A DNA stretch of 64,000 nucleotides from Candidatus Falkowbacteria bacterium GW2011_GWF2_43_32 (GCA_000999715.1 LCGL01000001.1:131139-195138); one strand, 5' to 3'. Shown: positions 52,548 through 60,681, numbered from the stretch's first letter. Notes: generated by a model not told the origin, from the letters alone. Translations and numbers: made by a program.

Positions 52548-54365
52548 TTAAAACACTAATTTTCCGTTCAAACTGACGACGGCTTCTATTTCTTCCCGGG
52601 TTAAATAATCTTGTCCGGATTGACGACGCTTCTCTATCGCTTCTTTCAAGGAAATCCCGGCGACAATCGCTTCTTGCCCGGAACGCAGATATAAACGATT
52701 GACCGGGCTTTGTCGCCAAGCGCGAACACCTGCCACCATTTTATCATACCCGTCTTTTTCCAACAATTTTATTTTAGCCAAAACTTTAGCGGTCATCTCC
52801 GCCGGTGTCTGTCCTAAATGACGAAAATTAACCACATCCAAAAATTGCAATTCTTCTATCGGTCCCATTACTTTAGGCACCGCTTTGATATCCTGCAGGC
52901 GCGGACGAGAAGCCGAGACGACGGGAGCGGGACGAGCAAGCGTCGTTTTCGGAACGACCGGAGCGGACGGTGCCGGCGGAGCGGATTGAGCGACCGATGA
53001 GGCAACCGGAATTTTAGACGCAACCGGCACTTTCGGAACAAGCGGCGTTGGCGGAACGGATGAAGCGGATTGAGCAAACGGAGTTTTCGGAGCGATCGGC
53101 GCAGATTGAGTCAGCGTCGTTTTTGGAGCGACCGGAGCGGACGGGACAGCCGGAATTTTCGAAACAGACGAAGCCGTCGGAGGAGTCGGAACGGTCGGAG
53201 TTTTAGCGACCAACGGCGTGGCCGCTATTTTTGCGGCGGTCAATTTTAATTTCTTTTTGGATGTAAACAGTTTGGCCCAAAAACCAAGCGGTTTCGACGG
53301 TTTTACTTTAGCCTTCGTCGGCGTTACCGGAGACGATGGCAGAATTTTTTTAAGCGGTTGGAGCGTTTGTCCTTGCGGAATCGGTCGGAAAGATCTCGTC
53401 GGCACAGCCGCCGCCAGCGGCGAAACTGCCGGGGCTGTCGGAGCTGTCGGAGTTACGGAAACTGTGGCGGCCGTCAGCACGGTTTTATCGGCGGGGGTCG
53501 CCGCAGTCGGCCGAAGCGGAACCGGAGGTTTAACCGGCGCAACGGATTTGGGCTGAACCGATTGAACTGGCTTAGCGGCAGTCTGTCCGGAAGACGGCAA
53601 AATCAATTGTTCTTCCGGCGACGGCAAATCCAATTGTTTTTCTGCGGCCGGCAATTCATGTTTGGTGTCCAATTTTTCCGGCACTTTTATGCGACCATCG
53701 GCGATAACTTGTTTAAGATTATATTCTTCCGCCGAACCCCGGCTCGTAGCCGAGATTTTTTCCGCCCCGGCGATAATTTTATCCAAACGACCCGCCGGAA
53801 CAACCGGCCGAGACGCGGCGGCGGCATCGATTTCCAAACTTTTGAATTGATGACTGTCGCAAATTTTCAATACCCGATTAATTTCCGCGTCGCTTAAACT
53901 CAAGCCGCCGTTAACGACCGGCTTGCTTAAAGACGCGCGCGTATCAATCTTACTGCGTACACCGCGCAAATAAATCGCCAAAATATTTTTAAAACGACCC
54001 AATAAATCCGCACTCGGCAAAACCAAACCCGCCTCCTTAATCAATAACCCTGCATCTTTATCCAAATCCCAGGCACGTTTGTCGGCCGCCAAGCCAAGGT
54101 GATCGGCCGCCACCATAAAAACTTTTTCTTTCAATTCACGAGTCAGATCGGCCGCTTTTTCCGGCGCCAATAAAGCTTCGCCGCTGAAATAAGCCGGCAA
54201 ATCCTGAAGAGCCATTTCCTTAATCATCACTTTCATGACAACCATCGCCAAATCAACGTGATAGCGGTTTTCCAATTCCGTCAAAGAGGCCATCACCGAT
54301 GCCGAAGAAACCTTGTCCCGCAAGTCTTTGGACAGGCTATTAAATTTTTGCAAGTAATCAAACAT
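52548..54365 (-). CDS. Large protein with a central Pro/Ala/Thr/Val-rich low-complexity region, function unknown
   Basis: The protein is 605 aa. The central ~250 aa consist of degenerate repeats such as APVAPKTTLTQSAPIAPKTPFAQSAS. It is the first gene of the T4SS-like block. Confidence 0.6.
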   Translation of the reverse strand: MFDYLQKFNSLSKDLRDKVSSASVMASLTELENRYHVDLAMVVMKVMIKEMALQDLPAYFSGEALLAPEKAADLTRELKEKVFMVAADHLGLAADKRAWDLDKDAGLLIKEAGLVLPSADLLGRFKNILAIYLRGVRSKIDTRASLSKPVVNGGLSLSDAEINRVLKICDSHQFKSLEIDAAAASRPVVPAGRLDKIIAGAEKISATSRGSAEEYNLKQVIADGRIKVPEKLDTKHELPAAEKQLDLPSPEEQLILPSSGQTAAKPVQSVQPKSVAPVKPPVPLRPTAATPADKTVLTAATVSVTPTAPTAPAVSPLAAAVPTRSFRPIPQGQTLQPLKKILPSSPVTPTKAKVKPSKPLGFWAKLFTSKKKLKLTAAKIAATPLVAKTPTVPTPPTASSVSKIPAVPSAPVAPKTTLTQSAPIAPKTPFAQSASSVPPTPLVPKVPVASKIPVASSVAQSAPPAPSAPVVPKTTLARPAPVVSASRPRLQDIKAVPKVMGPIEELQFLDVVNFRHLGQTPAEMTAKVLAKIKLLEKDGYDKMVAGVRAWRQSPVNRLYLRSGQEAIVAGISLKEAIEKRRQSGQDYLTREEIEAVVSLNGKLVF

Positions 54366-54509
54366 GGACTTTGTCCCTCTGAAAATAAAGGGGTTAATCT
54401 CGCCCCGACGACAAAAATAAAAGAAAAAACAGAACGCTTATTCTGCTTCTATTTTAGCATATTTGGCGAAAAAGAGTAAATAAAAACGGCTAGGGATTAC
54501 GGGCCGCAA

Positions 54510-54541
54510 ACTTTATCTTTTCTTTATCTCTCTTTTGCTAT
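54510..54541. repeat. 32-nt intergenic motif, copy 1 (actttatcttttctttatctcTcttttgctat)
   Basis: It is 31/32 identical to 56279-56310. It ends 11 nt before the tRNA-like gene, and its 3' end together with tatt forms TGCTATATT, an extended -10 element. Confidence 0.85.
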
Positions 54542-54552
54542 ATTGGAGAGAC

Positions 54553-54636
54553 GGAAGGTGTTGCGCCAAGGTCGGCGTCACTGACTGATAATCAAGTGAT
54601 TCTTTCGAGAATGAGGTTCGAATCCTCCACCTTCCG
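54553..54636 (+). tRNA. Non-canonical tRNA-like gene with an 8-bp acceptor, 4-bp T stem, long variable arm, anticodon loop CUGAUAA (GAU) and discriminator G
   Basis: I folded it by hand. The acceptor pairs GGAAGGTG (54553-60) with CACCTTCC (54628-35). The D arm is GCGCC-AAGGTC-GGCGT. The anticodon stem pairs CACTGA with TCAAGTG and has one bulged A. The loop CTGATAA is at 54585-91. The V arm is ATTCT-TTCG-AGAAT, the T arm is GAGG-TTCGAAT-CCTC, and G is at 54636. Confidence 0.6.
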
Positions 54637-54712
54637 CCGGTATTGCTTTTTCTTTTCAAATTTGCTATCATATTAGCAGTTATCAGTCAGTGATTCTCGT
54701 TATCCGAAATCT

Positions 54713-54750
54713 AAAAACACCTCTCCTCACGGAGCGGTGTTTTTGTTTTT
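54713..54750. terminator. Bidirectional terminator
   Basis: ACACC-T-CTCC, a TCAC loop and GGAG-C-GGTGT form the hairpin. It is flanked by A5 and TTTTTGTTTTT. Confidence 0.6.
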
Positions 54751-54757
54751 AAAACCG

Positions 54758-55701
54758 TTATAAAGTCGTAATCGGCCGGCTTTGAGTGATATAAAATTTA
54801 TTTTTCACATAAACCCATTCAATATCGCAAGGAAATTTATAATGTTTCTCGATACCGGCGCAAATTTTCGCCAAGGCCACGATTTGCTTGCCGTTTAATT
54901 TCTGTCTTTCTCCCTGGGCTTTTGGGATCTTAACCCATTTCGTGCCGCCGCCCGTGCCTTTAACTATTTGGCGTGCTTGCGCCGCGATATTAATGTCAAT
55001 CAAAGAATAACCGCGCTTAGAAACCACGTAAGAATCCGGGGTAACGGAGCCGGAAACAATCGCTTCGCCCAAACCGTAGCCGGCTTCAATAATCATTTGA
55101 TTTCTATCCTGCGTTACCGGATGAACGGTAAAGGCGATACCGGAAATTTCCGCCTCCACCATTTTTTGCACCACCACCGCCACGCTCACGGCCGCTTTCA
55201 ACAGTTTCTTTTCATGACGATAGAAAATCGCTCGCGGCGTAAATAAAGACGACCAACATTTTTTTACATTAATCAATAAAGTTTTTTCGGTCGTATTCAA
55301 ATAGGTTTCCAATTCTCCGGCCCAGGAAGCCGTGGACGAATCTTCGGCCGTAGCGCTGGAGCGAATGGCGACGAAAGGCGCTTTCAATTTTTTAAATTCC
55401 GCCATGATATCTTTGGCCAAATCCGTCGGCATCGGCGCCTTGGCAATCAAATCGCGAATAACATTGGAGTAACGATCCACCAAATTAATATCTTTGTAAT
55501 TGATTTTCCTTAACTGCGCCGCCACTTCTTGCGTCAAATCCGTTTCCGTTAAAAACCGATCGGCACCGAAATTTTTGCCGCTGTCATTTCGCCGAGCGAG
55601 GCTCCTTTACCGCCGGCTTCAAAAACGGATTTTTTGCTGATTTTAGAGAAAGATTTGATAAAAGTTAACGATTGTTTTTTTGGTTTATTTTTGTCTTTCA
55701 T
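54758..55701 (-). pseudogene. PPDK_N (PEP/pyruvate-binding, ATP-grasp) domain gene interrupted by a frameshift in a T5 run
   Basis: The N-terminal fragment 55701-55549 reads MKDKNKPKK..FEAGGKGASLGEMTAAKISVPIGF* and ends in GGTTTTTAA. One extra T would read through as GFLTETDLTQEVAAQLRK.. into ORF 54758-55537 (VAIRSSATAEDS, ISGIAFTVHP). Confidence 0.7.
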
Positions 55702-55723
55702 TTTATTAAAAATTGCTATTTTC

Positions 55724-56275
55724 CTATTGTAACAACCCGCGCGCCCGGCAATAACTGGATTTGTACTTCTCGGGATGATAAGCTTTCATCCTTTTTATTT
55801 TACAACAAAGACGAAATTTAGCAATTTCGTCTTTTAATTTCCGTAAATCAACCTTTTGATCGTAACCGAGACAAATAAGATCCGGACGATATTTTTTCAG
55901 CACCGACCAACGATTTTTTAAGCCTCCCAAAACGGCGCGACCATGAAAATTTGACCGACCGTCAACGACCGGACGAGTAATCGTGATATTTGTCTTCATT
56001 TTTTTTAACGCCGCCGTCACCTTCCCGGTCCGCGTCTTTTCATCTTCCTGCGCCGCATACCCTTTACTCCGCCAAACATTTTTATCGCGGGCGACAATAA
56101 CGATTAACTCTATTCGATATTTTGTTTTTTCTTTTTTGACCGTGTCGTTATTGACCGACTTGCTCTTAACCGAAGAACGCTTCATCATTTTCTCGCCAAA
56201 AAACCGCGCCTGCCGGAAATAATCTAAATGGCCCGGATGCAAATTATCAAATGTGCCGAAAACCATTACTTTCAT
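55724..56275 (-). CDS. Cytidylyltransferase-like nucleotidyltransferase (HxGH family)
   Basis: The protein is 183 aa. MKVMVFGTFDNLHPGHLDYF is the (T/H)xGH signature, and a Lys-rich insertion follows it. Confidence 0.55.
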   Translation of the reverse strand: MKVMVFGTFDNLHPGHLDYFRQARFFGEKMMKRSSVKSKSVNNDTVKKEKTKYRIELIVIVARDKNVWRSKGYAAQEDEKTRTGKVTAALKKMKTNITITRPVVDGRSNFHGRAVLGGLKNRWSVLKKYRPDLICLGYDQKVDLRKLKDEIAKFRLCCKIKRMKAYHPEKYKSSYCRARGLLQ

Positions 56276-56278
56276 AGG

Positions 56279-56310
56279 ACTTTATCTTTTCTTTATCTCG
56301 CTTTTGCTAT
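56279..56310. repeat. 32-nt intergenic motif, copy 2 (actttatcttttctttatctcGcttttgctat)
   Basis: It is 31/32 identical to 54510-54541. On the minus strand it ends 3 nt before the ATG of 55724-56275. Confidence 0.85.
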
Positions 56311-56318
56311 GGGGGTTT

Positions 56319-57479
56319 TTATTTAGCCCTGTTAATTATCTTCTTCAGCTCCGCCACCTTATCCAATTTCTCCCAGCGAAATTCCGGCCGGCCGAAATGT
56401 CCATAAGCCGCCGTCTTTAAAAACACCGGCTTCTTCAATTCCAAATGATCGATAATCGCTTTCGGACGGAAATCAAAAACTTTTCCGATGGCCGCCAAAA
56501 TATCTTCTTCCGCGTACTTATTGGTGCCGAAAGTATCGATATAAATACCAACCGGTTTAGCGACGCCGATGGCATAAGCGACCTGCAATTCACACCTGTT
56601 CGCCAAACCCGCCGCCACCACATTTTTCGCCGCATAACGCGCCATATAAGCGCCGGAACGATCCACTTTGGAAGAATCTTTGCCGGAAAAACAGCCGCCG
56701 CCGTGTCGGGCCATGCCACCGTAAGTGTCAACGATAATTTTGCGACCGGTCAAGCCCGTATCCGCCGCCGGTCCGCCATAAGTGAAAGCGCCGGTGGAAT
56801 TAATGAATACTTTTGTTTTCTTGTCCATTAACTTGCCCAAAATCGGTTTAATCACTTTCGCTAAAATATCGGCCCGCACTTTGGTCAATTTAACTTTTTC
56901 ACTGTGACAAGCGGCCACCACCACCGTTTCCACGCGCTGGGCGATGCCGTCATGATATTCCACCGTCACTTGGCTCTTGCCGTCCGGACGAAGATAAGGC
57001 AAAACTTTTTTCTTGCGCACTGCCGCCAACTTCGCCGTCAATTTATGGGCCAACACTATCGGTAAAGGCATCAATTCTTTAGTCTCGTCCGTCGCATAGC
57101 CATACATCAAACCCTGATCGCCGGCGCCCTGTTCTTTAAATTCTCCCGTGCCTTCATCCACTCCCTGGGCGATTTCCGCACTCTGAGCATGCAAAGACGA
57201 CATGATACCGACACTATCGCAATCAAAACCGGATTCCGCGCCATTATAGCCGATGCTTTTCAAAATTTTGCGCACAGTGTCGTCAACTTGGATATATTCT
57301 TTCGTGCGCACTTCGCCGCCGACGACAATCATGCCGTTAGTGGCAAACGATTCCACGGCCGCATGACTCTCCGGATCTTTTTTTAACATTTCATCCAAAA
57401 TGCCGTCTGAAATTTGATCGCAGACTTTGTCCGGATGTCCTTCGGTCACCGATTCCGAAGTCATTAATTTGATGTTCAT
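56319..57479 (-). CDS. metK: S-adenosylmethionine synthase
   Basis: GHPDKVCDQISD, GAGDQG and GGGAFSGKD-type motifs (here GGGCFSGKD) are present. The ATG at 57479 (MNIKLMTSESV) is preferred over the TTG-initiated track start at 57503. Confidence 0.95.
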   Translation of the reverse strand: MNIKLMTSESVTEGHPDKVCDQISDGILDEMLKKDPESHAAVESFATNGMIVVGGEVRTKEYIQVDDTVRKILKSIGYNGAESGFDCDSVGIMSSLHAQSAEIAQGVDEGTGEFKEQGAGDQGLMYGYATDETKELMPLPIVLAHKLTAKLAAVRKKKVLPYLRPDGKSQVTVEYHDGIAQRVETVVVAACHSEKVKLTKVRADILAKVIKPILGKLMDKKTKVFINSTGAFTYGGPAADTGLTGRKIIVDTYGGMARHGGGCFSGKDSSKVDRSGAYMARYAAKNVVAAGLANRCELQVAYAIGVAKPVGIYIDTFGTNKYAEEDILAAIGKVFDFRPKAIIDHLELKKPVFLKTAAYGHFGRPEFRWEKLDKVAELKKIINRAK

Positions 57480-57543
57480 ATTTTTGGTCCGTTTCGCCGG
57501 CAAGCGGAGATAACGGAAATTAATTAGCGAAAATTTAACAACC

Positions 57544-58800
57544 TTAAGTCCCCAATTCCCAAGAAGCCAAATAAGCAGCCTGTTCTTTGGTCAAGGTATC
57601 AATTTTGATTCCTAATGATTTCAATTTCAATCGCGCCACGCGATTTTCCACCGCTTCCGGCACATTATGAACTTTAACCGCCAACTTGCCGGCGTTCTTT
57701 ACCACATATTCCGAAGCCAAAGCCTGTGTGGAAAAACTCATATCCATCACGCTGGACGGATGACCTTCGGCCGCGGCCAAATTGATCAGTCTTCCCTGTC
57801 CCAAAACATAAATCCGTTTTTTGCCGACCAGATATTCGTCCACATTTTTCGTCACGCCATAATTGACGCGACCGGCCATTTTTTTCAAAGCCGGAATATT
57901 TATTTCCACGTCAAAATGTCCGGAATTACAAAGCATGGCGCCGTCTTTCATCACTCTAAAATCATCGGCATCAATCACTTTGATATCACCGGTAATCGTA
58001 CAAAAGACATCGCCGACTTTAGCCGCCTCTTTCATCGGCATCACCCGAAAACCGTCCATGGCCGCTTCCAAAGATTTGATCGGATCTATTTCAGTCACAA
58101 TCACTTCTGCTCCCATGCCCCGGGCCCGCATCGCAAAGCCGCGTCCGCACCAACCGTAGCCGGCGACCACGATGCATTTCCCGGCAATCAAAATTCCGGT
58201 CGCCCGCACGATGCCGTCCAAAGTGGACTGTCCGGTACCATAGCGATTATCAAACAAATTTTTTGTTTTGGCGTCGTTAACGGCAATGACCGGCAATAAT
58301 AAGCGCCCGTGCGCCGCCAACGCCCGCAAACGAATCACGCCGGTCGTGGTTTCTTCCATACTGCCCAGAATATCCTTGGCCTGATATTTATATTTATTGT
58401 GCAAAAGCGAAATCAAATCCGCGCCGTCGTCCATCGTAATTTGCGGTTTGTTTTTTAAAGCCTGATTCAAATGAGCATAATAGGTTTTGGTGTCTTCGCC
58501 GTGGACAGCCAGAACTTTCAACCCGTGATTTTTTACCAAAGCAGCCGCAACATCGTCTTGCGTGGATAAAGGATTGGAGGCGACCAAAGTGACGTCCGCA
58601 CCGCCGGCTTTCAAGGCCAGCATCAAATTGGCCGTTTCCGCGGTGACGTGCATACAAGCGGAAATCCGCTTGCCTTTAAACGGTTTGTTTTTGCTGAACT
58701 CCGCCTTCAAACCGGCCAAAACCGGCATATCGCGTCCGGCCCATTGCAAACGCTTTTCTCCCTGAGCCGCCAATTTTAAATCTTTAATGTGATGAATCAT
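57544..58800 (-). CDS. ahcY: Adenosylhomocysteinase
   Basis: The protein is 418 aa with MDDGADL, the NAD-binding [11 protein letters not shown], and conserved HFDVEI. Confidence 0.9.
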   Translation of the reverse strand: MIHHIKDLKLAAQGEKRLQWAGRDMPVLAGLKAEFSKNKPFKGKRISACMHVTAETANLMLALKAGGADVTLVASNPLSTQDDVAAALVKNHGLKVLAVHGEDTKTYYAHLNQALKNKPQITMDDGADLISLLHNKYKYQAKDILGSMEETTTGVIRLRALAAHGRLLLPVIAVNDAKTKNLFDNRYGTGQSTLDGIVRATGILIAGKCIVVAGYGWCGRGFAMRARGMGAEVIVTEIDPIKSLEAAMDGFRVMPMKEAAKVGDVFCTITGDIKVIDADDFRVMKDGAMLCNSGHFDVEINIPALKKMAGRVNYGVTKNVDEYLVGKKRIYVLGQGRLINLAAAEGHPSSVMDMSFSTQALASEYVVKNAGKLAVKVHNVPEAVENRVARLKLKSLGIKIDTLTKEQAAYLASWELGT

Positions 58801-58839
58801 ATTGACTTTATTGTTAATTATAGTATAATATAAATATTA

Positions 58840-59859
58840 CTACGAAAAAGACCCCTGTGCGGTTCCGTCCGCATCGGGGGCTTTTTCTTTTAAGACGGTT
58901 AATCTTTCTCGGTAATTCTCATAATATCTTTTCTTGAGTCCGGCGAGGGTAAAGCTATGTGTCTGCGTGCCGAACTTCTCCACCGTATAGACCGCAACCA
59001 GCCCGGCCAATTGCCCGCAAGTTTTTAAATCGCCGCCGGAAAGCAAGCCCTTGATAAAGCCGGCGCGATAAGCGTCGCCGGCACCGGTCGGATCGCAGGT
59101 ATTTTTCGGCCGCGCCGCCGGAACGATTATTTTTTTCACCTTATCACCGCGTTGATAAATTTCCGAGCCTTCCCCGCCTTTGGTAATCACTAAAATTTCC
59201 ACGGTTTTAATCAAAGTCTTTAAATCAATTCCCAGCTTATTCTGCGCCAATTTAATTTCGTAATCGTTGCCGATTAAAATTTGAGCGCCTGACAGCGCTT
59301 TTTTCAATTCCGCCGGCGAAAAAGCGATTAGAGCCTGGCCGGGATCAAAAATATAAGGGATTCTCTTTTGTTGATACATCGCGGCATAATCCAACATCCG
59401 CGCCTTGTCGTCGGGAGAAATAATCGCCCAAGCAATGTTTTTAAAGCCGGCAACCAGCGGCCGAACATAATTTTTCGGCAAAGGACCGGGATAAAAAGCC
59501 GTAATCTGATTGTCTTTCCGGTCGGTGATGATATAGGCGGCGGCGGTTTTTTCGCCCGTCATTTTTTTAACGCGGCTCAAATCAATTTTTCGCTTTTTAA
59601 GCCAAGTTTCATAAGATGAAAAATCTTCTCCGACCACTCCAAAAATAGTCGGCCGAACGCCGAGCAGACCAAGATTATAAGCAATATTTCCGGCCGTGCC
59701 CCCGAAGCTTACTTTAAGGCCGCCGAGGAAAAAGCTGACGTTGAGATTATGAATCTGATCAGGCAAAATATGGTCGCCGAAACAACCCGGAAAATTCATA
59801 ATTTGATCGTAAGCCAAAGAACCGGAAACAGCTATTTTCAAAGATTTATTTTTTAACAT
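58840..59859 (-). CDS. PfkB-family carbohydrate/nucleoside kinase (adenosine-kinase-like by context)
   Basis: The protein is 339 aa with the PfkB signature DPTGAGDAYRAGF. It lies immediately upstream of ahcY and metK. Confidence 0.7.
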   Translation of the reverse strand: MLKNKSLKIAVSGSLAYDQIMNFPGCFGDHILPDQIHNLNVSFFLGGLKVSFGGTAGNIAYNLGLLGVRPTIFGVVGEDFSSYETWLKKRKIDLSRVKKMTGEKTAAAYIITDRKDNQITAFYPGPLPKNYVRPLVAGFKNIAWAIISPDDKARMLDYAAMYQQKRIPYIFDPGQALIAFSPAELKKALSGAQILIGNDYEIKLAQNKLGIDLKTLIKTVEILVITKGGEGSEIYQRGDKVKKIIVPAARPKNTCDPTGAGDAYRAGFIKGLLSGGDLKTCGQLAGLVAVYTVEKFGTQTHSFTLAGLKKRYYENYRERLTVLKEKAPDADGTAQGSFS

Positions 59860-59913
59860 TTTACTATTTTTTAGCTCACGTACTTATTTCGCGCTAAAAT
59901 ACACAAACTATAC

Positions 59914-60681
59914 TTAAATTAATCCCCATTTAAACAAAGTGGCTTGTTCTATTTTTCTAAAAACCAACTGTTCAAATAATATGCCCACCAAAGCAATCAT
60001 TATTATACCCGAAATAACTTGATCAAATCTGAAGGCCCATTGCGACATCCAAATATATTTGCCCAGGCCGCCGGCCGTCACAACCAACATCTCCGCGCCG
60101 ATAAGCGACCGCCAAGCAGAGCCAAAGCCGACACGAATACCGCTGAGTATTTGCGGCAAAGCCCCCGGTATTATCACTTTCATTATAGTTTGAAATTTAT
60201 TTAATTCCAAATTACGCGCTACCAACAACCAATTCCGATTGACGCCTTGGACACCGCCGATAACACTATAAATCATACGCATAAAACTGGAAATAAAAAT
60301 AACTATCCAAATAGTTTGACGCGTAAATCCGAAAAATAAAATAATCAGCGGCAACCAAGCTAATGACGGCACCAAATTAATCGCCGATAAAAACGGTAAA
60401 AATATCTTACGAAAGTTGGAATTAATTCCGACAAATACTCCCAGTATCAAAGCAAAAAATACAGATACAAAAAAAGATGGAAAAATATTTAAAAAACTGT
60501 TTAACAATAATTTAATCAAGCTACCATTTTTAATCAACTTTAAAAAAGTGTTTAATGTCTCGTTAGGCGAAGACAGCAACCAAGTGGGGACTATTTGAGT
60601 AATATTCAAAGTATACCAAACAATTAAAACAACTAAAAATAACGACCAACCCAAAACAATTTCTTTAATTTTCGGAACCAT
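59914..60681 (-). CDS. ABC transporter permease (NitT/TauT-type)
   Basis: The protein is 255 aa with multiple TM helices and an EAA-like loop, FGSAWRSLIGAEM. Confidence 0.75.
   Translation of the reverse strand: MVPKIKEIVLGWSLFLVVLIVWYTLNITQIVPTWLLSSPNETLNTFLKLIKNGSLIKLLLNSFLNIFPSFFVSVFFALILGVFVGINSNFRKIFLPFLSAINLVPSLAWLPLIILFFGFTRQTIWIVIFISSFMRMIYSVIGGVQGVNRNWLLVARNLELNKFQTIMKVIIPGALPQILSGIRVGFGSAWRSLIGAEMLVVTAGGLGKYIWMSQWAFRFDQVISGIIMIALVGILFEQLVFRKIEQATLFKWGLI

Noticed and set aside
54553-54636. tRNA-Sec or tmRNA identity for the 8-bp-acceptor tRNA-like gene.
   Set aside because: The anticodon loop reads CUGAUAA (GAU), not UCA. The T stem is 4 bp rather than 5 bp. No selA/selB/selD or SECIS-bearing gene is seen in the window. 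There is no tmRNA-like tag reading frame or pseudoknot region.
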